Source: Candidatus Magasanikiibacteriota bacterium
GTDB taxonomy: Bacteria; Patescibacteriota; Patescibacteriia; Magasanikbacterales; UBA922
Length of the DNA stretch: 64,000 nt
Assembly (NCBI GenBank): GCA_042218065.1
Contig: JBDGRL010000002.1
Coordinates: 15,539-79,538 of the forward strand
Reading direction: 5' to 3'
Shown: positions 28,224-36,198 of the stretch, one piece after another
Layout of the letters: each line of letters starts with the position of its first letter
Position numbering within the stretch: position 1 is the stretch's first letter
Made by a program: the position numbers and the translations under genes
Notes under the pieces: generated by a model
What the model was told of the DNA's origin: nothing
What the model saw: only the letters and a program-made list of their open reading frames with translations
Database searches by the model: none

Positions 28224-29198
28224 ATGGTTTTATTACTTTACGGCGAAGACACCTTTCGCTCTAAGCAAAAATTGAAAAAAATGAAGCAAAAATTTAGCGA
28301 TGAGAGGGATAAAGAAGGTCTAAACTTAGTAAAGCTTGATGCAGAGAACTCTGAGCCAGGAGAGATCGAGGAGCAGATATTCGCATCTCCTTTTCTATCA
28401 GAGAAAAGAATGGTCATAGTTGAGAATTTTATAGAATCAGACCATGATAATCTGAAGGAGAGATTGTTGGAGAAAATAGAATCCAGGAAAATACCCGATT
28501 TCATTAATTTAATTTTTTGGGAGGGGGATATTGATCCAAATAAAGGAATAGCTCAAGATTTATTTGATCGACTGCAACAAGAAAAATACTCACAGGAGTT
28601 TAATAAATTTGAGGGGCAGAAGCTTCGGGCGTGGGTAAGTAATAAGATTGAAGATTTGGGGGGTGATATTAATAGAGGTGCTTTAGATTATATGGTCCGA
28701 CATGTGGGGAATGATATGTGGCAGCTTAATAATATTTGTCATCAGCTGGTTGCCTATACCGACAAAGGCACCATAGAGCGAGAGGATGTAGATGTATTTA
28801 TAAAAGAGGATGTAGATACCGATATATTTAATTTAATTGATTCGATAGTGGAGAAAAAACCGAAAGAAGTGTATAATATGATTCGTGAACAATACAGATC
28901 CGGAAAAGATCCTCACTATATTTTTGCTATGGTTTTACGTCAGTTTAGGATAATGTATAAGATAAATGATGCAATAGAGCGTGGAGAAAACCCAAAAGGT
29001 AAAAAATATGCCAATAAACTGGATCTACACCCTTATGTATTAAAAAAGACCCGGCCTGTAGCCGAGAAATATGAAAAAAATAAAATTGAAGATATTTACG
29101 ATAAGCTGCTAGATATAGACGAAAAAACTAAGACTGGACAGCACGACGAAGGGCTTTTGGTTGATGTTTTTGTTGGTGAGATTTGCAAAAATGCTTAA
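28224..29198 (+). CDS. holA: DNA polymerase III delta subunit
   Basis: The start MVLLLYGEDTF resembles the HolA N-terminus, and the length is right. The ORF track start at 28167 overlaps the upstream gene, so the internal ATG at 28224 is preferred. Confidence 0.6.
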   Translation: MVLLLYGEDTFRSKQKLKKMKQKFSDERDKEGLNLVKLDAENSEPGEIEEQIFASPFLSEKRMVIVENFIESDHDNLKERLLEKIESRKIPDFINLIFWEGDIDPNKGIAQDLFDRLQQEKYSQEFNKFEGQKLRAWVSNKIEDLGGDINRGALDYMVRHVGNDMWQLNNICHQLVAYTDKGTIEREDVDVFIKEDVDTDIFNLIDSIVEKKPKEVYNMIREQYRSGKDPHYIFAMVLRQFRIMYKINDAIERGENPKGKKYANKLDLHPYVLKKTRPVAEKYEKNKIEDIYDKLLDIDEKTKTGQHDEGLLVDVFVGEICKNA

Positions 29199-30337
29199 TC
29201 TATAGAGTTTTCAAGTTCTTCAATAGCCTCATCTCGTCTTTCTATAGCAGCTTCTATTTTTTCCATGACAACAGTATCTAGCCCCATATCTTTTGCTCTT
29301 TTTTGTGCTTGCTCTAATCTGCCACTTTCAATAAGTTTTTTAATAAAATCTGCAACAGATGTTTTTTCAGTGGTAGATTCTTCCTTTGTGAACTCCTCAT
29401 CCTTGCCTCTATAAATAACAGTTTCAAACATATTTTCATTAGAATCATCAACTATATTTATCCTTAACTGATTTTTTCCACTGGATGATCCGGCGCCTTG
29501 TTTTGCAGAGAGTTCAGCCTGGTCAGCTTGGGTTATCATTCTGCTAGCTATTGTTTTGGGTTTCCCAGCCAAGCTTTCTTTTGGTGAAACAATTCTTGAT
29601 CCCATACTTACAGATAAGTTTTTTTGTATTTTCCTTCTATCTTCATCAGAAAGACCAATAGTTTCGTGAATATCAATATCTGTTAGTTTATCAAAAAGTC
29701 TTTTAGGTGCGGACATTGCATTTTTTTTGCTACTAATCTCTCTAAACATTACACTAAACTCGTCACCACCCTCACTAGCTGCCACATCAGATTCTCTAAT
29801 TGTGTCTTCAATAACTCTTGCGATCTTTTTAATTATCTTGTCACCTGCCGGATGGCCAAAATTATCATTAATTTCTTTGAAATCGTCTATATCAATATAA
29901 ACTACATTAAAAAACTTATCTCTTTCTCTGTCTTCCCCTATTTCTTGGGCTAAAACCTCTCTTATGGGTCCCTTTTCCAGGAGACCAGTTAGATCATCCT
30001 CCCTCCCTTCTATTTTAGTTTCAGTGAATCTTATTGCATGATCAGCTATTATCTCTTTTTCTACTTGAGTTATTGTGTAGCCCTCACCTTTATCTTCTCT
30101 ATTTTTTTTAAGCCTGGCCTCAATATCTCTCTTAATAGTATCTTTAAGTATGCCCTTTTTTAGATTTTCCATTGGTTTACTTTCACTTCTAATTTTTTCG
30201 AGATATCCTTGTAAATCTTCTAGGCTTTCATCCTTTAACATATTTTCCAAATGGGATCTTGCGATAGTTTCACTCATATCAAATTCTTGGGTTTCTGGTT
30301 CTTCGCCTCTTCCTCTCTGACCTTCGCTTGTGTCCAT
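29195..30337 (-). CDS. GGDEF-domain protein (putative diguanylate cyclase) with an N-terminal coiled-coil region
   Basis: DIDDFKEINDNFGHPAGDKIIKKIA...RESDVAASEGGDEFSVMF. The GGDEF active-site motif is intact and no TM or EAL domain is present. Confidence 0.75.
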   Translation of the reverse strand: MDTSEGQRGRGEEPETQEFDMSETIARSHLENMLKDESLEDLQGYLEKIRSESKPMENLKKGILKDTIKRDIEARLKKNREDKGEGYTITQVEKEIIADHAIRFTETKIEGREDDLTGLLEKGPIREVLAQEIGEDRERDKFFNVVYIDIDDFKEINDNFGHPAGDKIIKKIARVIEDTIRESDVAASEGGDEFSVMFREISSKKNAMSAPKRLFDKLTDIDIHETIGLSDEDRRKIQKNLSVSMGSRIVSPKESLAGKPKTIASRMITQADQAELSAKQGAGSSSGKNQLRINIVDDSNENMFETVIYRGKDEEFTKEESTTEKTSVADFIKKLIESGRLEQAQKRAKDMGLDTVVMEKIEAAIERRDEAIEELENSID

Positions 30338-30343
30338 ATTGTA

Positions 30344-30610
30344 CTATTGTTGTTTATTAACTTTCTTCTGCATCTGAGACATTATTCTAGAAGCTTTATT
30401 TTCTTTAATAGCACCGACTTTAGCTGCTTTGTCTAGTGCTTTTTGAAGATTTGAAAGTTTTTCATTTAACTCATCTTCATCAGCTCCATTTTTTATAGCT
30501 TTTTCTAGTTCTTTTTTGATTTTTTTATATTCCTCTTTTCTTTTGTTATTTATTTTTGTTCTTTTCTTGGTTTGCTTCAGGTGTTTTTTCGCTGAAGGTC
30601 TGTTTGGCAT
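30344..30610 (-). CDS. rpsT: 30S ribosomal protein S20
   Basis: An 88-aa basic protein with N-terminus MPNRPSAKKHLKQTKKR and C-terminus KVGAIKENKASR. Confidence 0.85.
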   Translation of the reverse strand: MPNRPSAKKHLKQTKKRTKINNKRKEEYKKIKKELEKAIKNGADEDELNEKLSNLQKALDKAAKVGAIKENKASRIMSQMQKKVNKQQ

Positions 30611-30667
30611 ATTAATGTTTTTAATAAATTAATCTAGATTAAACTATAGTAAATTTAGTCTATTTTG

Positions 30668-31780
30668 TCAACTTTCTAACTCCGGGCCTTCTACTTGTTC
30701 AGCTTCTATTTCTTGCTCTACTTCGGTAATTTTAGCTACATCTTTATCTACTTTTCTCAACTCATCATAAGCAGTATTAAAATGATTCACTGTAGTAGAT
30801 AGAGTTTTTCCTAGCTTTTGCATATAAGTATCGTGATTTTGGATGTGGTTTTTTAACTTTTCTACATTTTTTCTTATTTCTTTGGCGCTTTCTTCTATTT
30901 GAAGAGATTTCAAACCTTGCAATACAGTTTGTAGATAAGCTGCGAATGTAGTTGGTGATACGATTATAACATTCTTGTCCTTGTGTGCATACTCGATTAA
31001 ATTTCTTGTAGTCGCTTCAGTAGAACCTACTTTATTGACTAGAAGATCATAATATATTGCTTCAGCCGGGATAAACATGAATGCAAATTCTAGTGTACCT
31101 TGGTTTGGTTTAATGTACTTGGAAGTCTCCTTGATTCTATTTTTTAAGTCTTTTTTAAGTTGTTTTTTTATTTTTTCTTTTTTATCTTTGTCTTCTGTTT
31201 TCATAAGTCTTGAGTAATTGTCCAATGAGAATTTTGCATCAACCGGTATTAGCCCATTTTTAGTTTTCACCACTGCATCTACTTGGTCACCATCTTCGAA
31301 TTTGTATTGCATTTCATATCCCATTGGAGGAAGAATGTTTTCTAGTATTAGTTTAAGTCCTGCTTCCCCCAGTGCTCCTCTTCTTTTTTGGTGGGTTAAA
31401 ACCTGTTTTAGATCTTGAAGCTGTTCTGAATAATCCATTACCTTCTCATTTGTCTTTTCTAAGCTCGTTAGTTTTTTCTGTAATTCTTTCAGTTCTTTTT
31501 TGCTATCTTTGGTTATATCTTTGATTGTTTCTTTGTTCTCTTTGTATTGTTCCTTGATAGATTTGTTTAATTTTTCCTTTGTTTTAGACATTTCTTTGTG
31601 GGTGTTTTGCATTTTTTCGTCTACAGTTTTATTTAGTTGCTGGATTTGTTTCTGTAGCATCATCATAGAATCTTTATTTTCTTCAGTTTGAAGCTGTTTT
31701 AGTTTTTTATACATTATATATATACCCACTAATGCGGCAATCAATAAAATTGTGAGTAAGATTAATAAAAGCTGTTCCAT
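30668..31780 (-). CDS. rmuC: DNA recombination protein RmuC
   Basis: An N-terminal TM and a long coiled coil precede a C-terminal RmuC domain (FAFMFIPAEAIYYDLL...IIVSPTTFAAYLQTV). Confidence 0.8.
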   Translation of the reverse strand: MEQLLLILLTILLIAALVGIYIMYKKLKQLQTEENKDSMMMLQKQIQQLNKTVDEKMQNTHKEMSKTKEKLNKSIKEQYKENKETIKDITKDSKKELKELQKKLTSLEKTNEKVMDYSEQLQDLKQVLTHQKRRGALGEAGLKLILENILPPMGYEMQYKFEDGDQVDAVVKTKNGLIPVDAKFSLDNYSRLMKTEDKDKKEKIKKQLKKDLKNRIKETSKYIKPNQGTLEFAFMFIPAEAIYYDLLVNKVGSTEATTRNLIEYAHKDKNVIIVSPTTFAAYLQTVLQGLKSLQIEESAKEIRKNVEKLKNHIQNHDTYMQKLGKTLSTTVNHFNTAYDELRKVDKDVAKITEVEQEIEAEQVEGPELES

Positions 31781-32084
31781 TTAAATAGTGTTACTTAATG
31801 CCAAGTTATTATAACACTATAGGTAATGGATAGAAAATTTTAGTATATTATATTTTACGACGCAGAATTTATTCTTAATTAAGTGAAATTTAAGTTTGTT
31901 AAAAAGTGATTAAAAATTTAATCAGAATCTGATTTTATTAATTCTCGTTTGTATCTTAATTTATTTTATTTGAAATTGTTTCACGTGAAACAATATAGGC
32001 TTTTTAAACTAATAAGATTAAAATAAATATTTTAGCTTGATAAATTTATTGAAATTTGTTACTGTGAAGTTGTTCTTTCAGGAC

Positions 32085-32365
32085 AACGAGTTTGCTAGTG
32101 GTAATTCCTAGGATTACCTACTGGCATGCCCTAGCCATCTCTGGGAGCAGCTAATAGCTGCCTAAGATTGATGCTCCGTTCGGGCGAGTCCGGATAATCA
32201 ATCTTAGAAAAAGCTGGCAGCCGATGCTGGGGCTTACTTGCCTTCGGCAGGGCAGGACCTCCTCCCCAGTGAATCGGTTTGGGGTTTCACCCACCCCGCC
32301 TCCCGATAGATCTCTATTGCCCTGATCAAGCAATATATCTACCGGGAGGTAAACGGGTTTTTTTA
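32085..32365 (+). ncRNA. GC-rich structured RNA-like element of unassigned identity, between parS sites 1 and 2
   Basis: About 280 nt at over 50% GC inside roughly 25% GC intergenic DNA. Multiple hairpins: GGTAAT-tcctagg-ATTACC, GCAGC-taata-GCTGC, GATTGAT...ATCAATC, CTTGCC-ttc-GGCAGG, and a long CCTCCCG...CGGGAGG stem followed by a T7 run. No clear protein frame. Confidence 0.35.
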
Positions 32366-32800
32366 TTTAAAATTGTTTCACGTGAAACAATTCTGCTCGT
32401 ATTTTACTCTGATATGGGTATTTAGCAGTAATTTTGCAGTTAAAATGTTTCACGTGAAACAATTTTACATCAATATACAGTCTTTTTGCTTATAAAAAAT
32501 GTTTCACGTGAAACAATTTAGTTACTTAAAACGTGTAAATAAGACAAAACACCGAAAAAAAGTGAATAATATTGTTTCACGTGAAACACTTTTTAAACTG
32601 AATAACCAAAATTATCTTTATTTGCATATTTATTACTTTTTTTTAGTATAGCTCCCTTTTTTATCTTAGATTGATAACAGCTCCCAAAAATGCTATAATC
32701 ACCCTGTATTGTTTCACGTGAAACAATTTAAACCAAGAAAATATAGGAAATAGGGTAAATGAGATGAAAAATGGATGAAAATGTTTCACGTGAAACATTT

Positions 32801-32872
32801 GCCCTCGTAGTTTAATGGACAAAACAAAAGCCTCCTAAGCTTTAGATGCACGTTCGATTCGTGCCGAGGGCA
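32801..32872 (+). tRNA. tRNA-Arg (anticodon CCT)
   Basis: Acceptor GCCCTCG/CGAGGGC, anticodon stem-loop AAAGC-CTCCTAA-GCTTT, T-arm GCACGTTCGATTCGTGC; 72 nt. A parS site sits immediately upstream (32780-32799). Confidence 0.85.
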
Positions 32873-33180
32873 CAAGTAAATACTCTTCATTAGAAAGGTG
32901 CTGAGTGTTCTTTTAGTGTATATTTAGACTCAATGTTTCATGTGAAACATTGAAAAGATAAATTAAACTTGTTAAACCCCTATAAAAGCCAAAAAGTTAT
33001 AAAGATATAGAAAAAAGTATATTTATAACTGAAAAGTACATAAAATTGTTTCACGTGAAACAATTTGGTAAAACCTTTAATCAAAAACGGGCTTGTTAAT
33101 TGTTTCACGTGAAACAAAGAGGAGTTAAAAATCTGTTTAGTTGTTTTTTGAAATTTTAGCGTCGTAAAATATTAATATCT

Positions 33181-33265
33181 TGTGGAAAACTTGTTGATAA
33201 GTTAAAAAAATTAGTGGATAAATTGTGTATAAGTTCTTAAAATCTGTTGATAAAGCTGTGGATAA
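33181..33265. promoter_or_regulatory. Dense cluster of six DnaA-box-like 9-mers (second oriC-like or DnaA-titration element)
   Basis: TGTGGAAAA (33181), TGTTGATAA (33192), AGTGGATAA (33213), TGTGTATAA (33224), TGTTGATAA (33246) and a perfect TGTGGATAA (33257-33265), all on the same strand within 85 bp. AT-rich DNA follows. Confidence 0.5.
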
Positions 33266-33361
33266 AAACAATTTAAACTAAATTAAGCTCAAATTATAAT
33301 AAGTTTATATAGATCCGTTTTTATCGACTAAATATTGAAAAATTCATCAATCAAGGCGTAT

Positions 33362-33690
33362 TAGATCATAAAAAAATGTTACTGAAATGACTTACGGTTA
33401 GATCACAAAAAATGTTACTGTGGTGTGTTTAATTTTTTAAATTGAACACACCATGAACAATCAAGCTAAAACATCTTACCAGCGAGTGCAAGAGCACTCG
33501 CAGATAGACCAGAAAGTAAAAAATAAACTTAAAGAAAAATTTAAGCAACTTAACCCCAAACAACTTAAAGAAAACATAGACAAAATGATTAAAAAGATTA
33601 GAAAATCAGCCCAAAATACAAAATAATTTCAGTAACATGCTTTTATGATCTAACCGTGGGGGGTTGAGTAACAATTTTTATGATCTAAAG
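33362..33690. repeat. Four copies of a TAGATCA(Y)AAAAAATGTTACTG motif (two direct, two inverted) bracketing a 57-codon Lys-rich ORF
   Basis: Direct copies at 33362-33388 and 33398-33424; inverted copies at 33618-33648 and 33668-33690. The ORF 33453-33626 (+) encodes MNNQAKTSYQRVQEHSQIDQKVKNKLKEKFKQLNPKQLKENIDKMIKKIRKSAQNTK. A related GTTACTG motif lies at about 32055. Confidence 0.35.
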
Positions 33691-33732
33691 CGCAAGGTAC
33701 ACCCTTTTTAAAGTATGTGTTATAATAACCAC

Positions 33733-34392
33733 ATGAATTTGAAAAGAATAATCACAATATCAATCCTTTCGTTTGTTTTATTTGCCATTCTTCCGAAAAC
33801 TGCTGACACTCAGATGAGTGGAGGGGGTTATAATATTTATACTGACAAGTTTTCTGTGGTTAGTACTAATACTTCTACCGGTGGCGCTTATGAGATTACC
33901 CAAACTGGCGGGCAGTACTTTGCTACTAATACAAAAAAAGGCAGTTTTGAGTTGCGCGGAGGATTTCAAGCACAAGAAAAAGGAATTTTAAAGGTAAATT
34001 TAAGTAAAAATACCCTTGATTTAGGTACTATTTCAAAAAGCAATGTATCAAAAGGTAGTATAAAAGTCACAATAACGACTGATTCAGAAACTGGATATAA
34101 CTTATCTATAAGCGAAAATCATAATTTAAAGTCAAATTCATTAACAATAAATGATGTTTCAGATGGTTCGGTGACTGGTGGCAGTCAAGAGTATGGAATT
34201 ACTACAAAAGGGGCTGATGGTTTGCTAAACCAAGACAAAGGTATTTCTGGCAATTTAAATATAGCGTCACACGATGGACAGGTGTACAAACGAACAGTGG
34301 AGGTTATATTTAAAGCATCTTTGTCCAATACTCCTGCTAATAATGAAGATCTATCACACAAAGTGACATTCAACACAACTGTAAATCCTTAA
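33733..34392 (+). CDS. Secreted beta-rich protein (first gene of the surface module)
   Basis: Signal peptide MNLKRIITISILSFVLFAILPKTADT followed by a Thr/Ser/Gly/Asn-rich sequence. The start at 33733 is preferred over the track start 33715, and a -10 TATAAT lies at about 33718. Confidence 0.5.
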   Translation: MNLKRIITISILSFVLFAILPKTADTQMSGGGYNIYTDKFSVVSTNTSTGGAYEITQTGGQYFATNTKKGSFELRGGFQAQEKGILKVNLSKNTLDLGTISKSNVSKGSIKVTITTDSETGYNLSISENHNLKSNSLTINDVSDGSVTGGSQEYGITTKGADGLLNQDKGISGNLNIASHDGQVYKRTVEVIFKASLSNTPANNEDLSHKVTFNTTVNP

Positions 34393-34393
34393 A

Positions 34394-35257
34394 ATGATTA
34401 GAAAAATAGCAGTTTTCATAATAATACTTGCTCTTTTTTTACCTTTAGAGGCTGAAGCTGTGTCAATTTCTCCTTTGCGCCAGGCAGTTTCTATAGAAAA
34501 AGGTGAAAAGAAACAAGTTCAGGTTAGCGTAAAAAACACATCAGACTCAAGAAAAAAATTTGTACCTGAGGTGAGCGGTTTTGATTTAAATAGTAGGGGG
34601 AGTATAAATTATGAAGCAGAAAGTATAGCTGAAGACTGGTTGCTTTATGACAGAAACCCCTTTGTTTTAGACCCCGGAGAAGAGAAGGAGGTCAGTTTTA
34701 CTATTAATATTCCAAATGAAGCTAAATCAAAGTCTTATTATTTGGTATTATTTATAAAAAGGGCAGGCATTGAGAGAAAGATGGCCGCCAGCCCAAAAGT
34801 AGGGTCTTTGTTATTTGTTCATGTAGCTGGGACTAGAGTAGAGAAAATGAGTATAGATAGTTTTGTGTCTTCTCGAAATTATTATTTTAGTACTCCGGTA
34901 AATATTAATATGAATACGAGAAATCTGGGTTCTATTCATGTTATACCTCAGGGAGCTGTAAGTATATTAGACAATGGAGAAGTGGTGGCAAAGAAAGAAA
35001 TAAATAAATCTAAGCAGATGGTTTTGCCGGATGGTACCTTTTCTAGAGAATTATCTTTTTCTAACTTAAATTGGACAGAAACCGGAAAACTAAAAGCAGT
35101 AGCTTATTTAAAATATGGCAGAACCTCAAAAACTACCTCTGCTTCTACAGAATTTTGGTTCATACCCAAAAAAGTTTTGATTTTTACTGGTGTCTTGATT
35201 ATAGCTCTGCTTTTCTTACTTTTTAGATTGAAGTCAAAAATAAAAAAATATGACTAA
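34394..35257 (+). CDS. Cell-surface protein with signal peptide and C-terminal TM anchor plus basic tail (DUF916/DUF3324-like or pilus-chaperone-like Ig fold)
   Basis: Signal peptide, then AVSISPLRQAVSIEKGEKKQVQVSVKNTSD in a beta-sandwich-like pattern, and a C-terminal TM FTGVLIIALLFLLFRLKSKIKKYD. Confidence 0.45.
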   Translation: MIRKIAVFIIILALFLPLEAEAVSISPLRQAVSIEKGEKKQVQVSVKNTSDSRKKFVPEVSGFDLNSRGSINYEAESIAEDWLLYDRNPFVLDPGEEKEVSFTINIPNEAKSKSYYLVLFIKRAGIERKMAASPKVGSLLFVHVAGTRVEKMSIDSFVSSRNYYFSTPVNINMNTRNLGSIHVIPQGAVSILDNGEVVAKKEINKSKQMVLPDGTFSRELSFSNLNWTETGKLKAVAYLKYGRTSKTTSASTEFWFIPKKVLIFTGVLIIALLFLLFRLKSKIKKYD

Positions 35258-36197
35258 TGAAAAAAAACAGAAAATTTTATTTTTTTCTTTATTTTTTATT
35301 TTTATATTGGCCTCCTTCTTTTTTATAAAAAATTCCTTTGTTTTAGCAGATTCTAAATCAAAATCTGCTACCATAAAAGGGACGACAAAAAGTGGCGGCG
35401 GTGGAGGTGGTGGAGGTGGAGTAAGTAACTCTTCTCCTGATATATCTAATATTTCTACAAGCACCCGGATGAATTCAGCTACAGTTACTTGGAAAGCTAC
35501 TGATGATAATCAGGTAAAAAAATGTGATTTCAAGTACAGTTCTGGTGTAAGTTACAACAAAAGCGTGTCCGTCACAAAAAGTGGTAATACTTATACAGCT
35601 AAACCTTCAGGGTTGAGCCCCACCACTACCTATAACTTTAAGATTATATGTCATGATAATGTTCAAAGCTCTGATGAGAAAGGACAATTTACAACTCTAG
35701 CTAAAGCTATAATAGATCTTAATTTAACTGCGATTCCTGCAAAAAGGGTAAAAAAGAAAGGTGGTAATTTAGCATTAAAGTTCATATTAATCATTGTTGA
35801 TCCACAAACCAATAATGTGATGTTAAAACACAAAGGAACTACTAATTCAAAAGGTACTTACACTGCAAAAAGATTAAAAGCGGGTGCAGGATCAGCCCAT
35901 GCTTATCTGAAGGGGCGCTCTCACTTAGCAAAAAAGATTGTAGGTGTTAATATAAAAGATGGAAAAACAGTGAAATTAGACTTTTCTGCAGGAGGAAAAT
36001 CTAAGTTGATTCCCGGCGATGCGGCTGGCAAGGGTCTAAAAGACAACTTTATAGATATATTAGATTTATCAGTAGTACTAGCTAAAATGAATACTGCCGA
36101 CAAGGACACTGATTTAAATAGGGATGGTATAACTGATATTTTAGATCTTAGTATTTTATTAAATAATTTTAATAAATCTGGAGCAAAACTACCTTAA
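35250..36197 (+). CDS. Secreted protein with poly-Gly linker, fibronectin type III-like domain and C-terminal dockerin-like repeats
   Basis: Signal/TM, G9 linker, an FN3-like region (ATVTWKATDDNQ...TTYNFKI), and two dockerin-type Ca-binding repeats at the C-terminus (DNFIDILDLSVVLAKM and DLNRDGITDILDLSILLNNF). Confidence 0.55.
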   Translation: MTNEKKQKILFFSLFFIFILASFFFIKNSFVLADSKSKSATIKGTTKSGGGGGGGGGVSNSSPDISNISTSTRMNSATVTWKATDDNQVKKCDFKYSSGVSYNKSVSVTKSGNTYTAKPSGLSPTTTYNFKIICHDNVQSSDEKGQFTTLAKAIIDLNLTAIPAKRVKKKGGNLALKFILIIVDPQTNNVMLKHKGTTNSKGTYTAKRLKAGAGSAHAYLKGRSHLAKKIVGVNIKDGKTVKLDFSAGGKSKLIPGDAAGKGLKDNFIDILDLSVVLAKMNTADKDTDLNRDGITDILDLSILLNNFNKSGAKLP

Positions 36198-36198
36198 T

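Larger units (their letters stand above)
31975..33117. repeat. Array of ten canonical parS centromere sites (TGTTTCACGTGAAACA) within a 1.15-kb intergenic region
   Basis: 16-20-bp perfect palindrome (A)TTGTTTCACGTGAAACAA(T) at 31975-31994, 32372-32391, 32444-32464, 32499-32517, 32571-32590, 32708-32727, 32780-32799, 33045-33064 and 33099-33117. A CATG-core variant lies at 32931-32952. Spacing is irregular (54-397 bp). It matches the bacterial ParB-binding parS consensus. Confidence 0.8.

Noticed and set aside
32151-32333. 60-aa minus-strand ORF
   Set aside because: It lies wholly within the GC-rich structured RNA-like element. An ORF by chance in GC-rich DNA, with no RBS.
32085-32365. Specific assignment of the GC-rich element as tmRNA or RNase P RNA
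   Set aside because: I could not find the tmRNA tag reading frame or tRNA-like 3' end, nor the conserved RNase P P4 sequences (AGUCCGGGC / CCCGGCUUA); it is left unassigned.
31975-33117. CRISPR array interpretation of the repeated 20-bp element
   Set aside because: The repeats are perfect palindromes identical to the parS consensus. Spacers are highly irregular in length (54-397 bp) and include a tRNA gene and a structured RNA. No cas genes are nearby.
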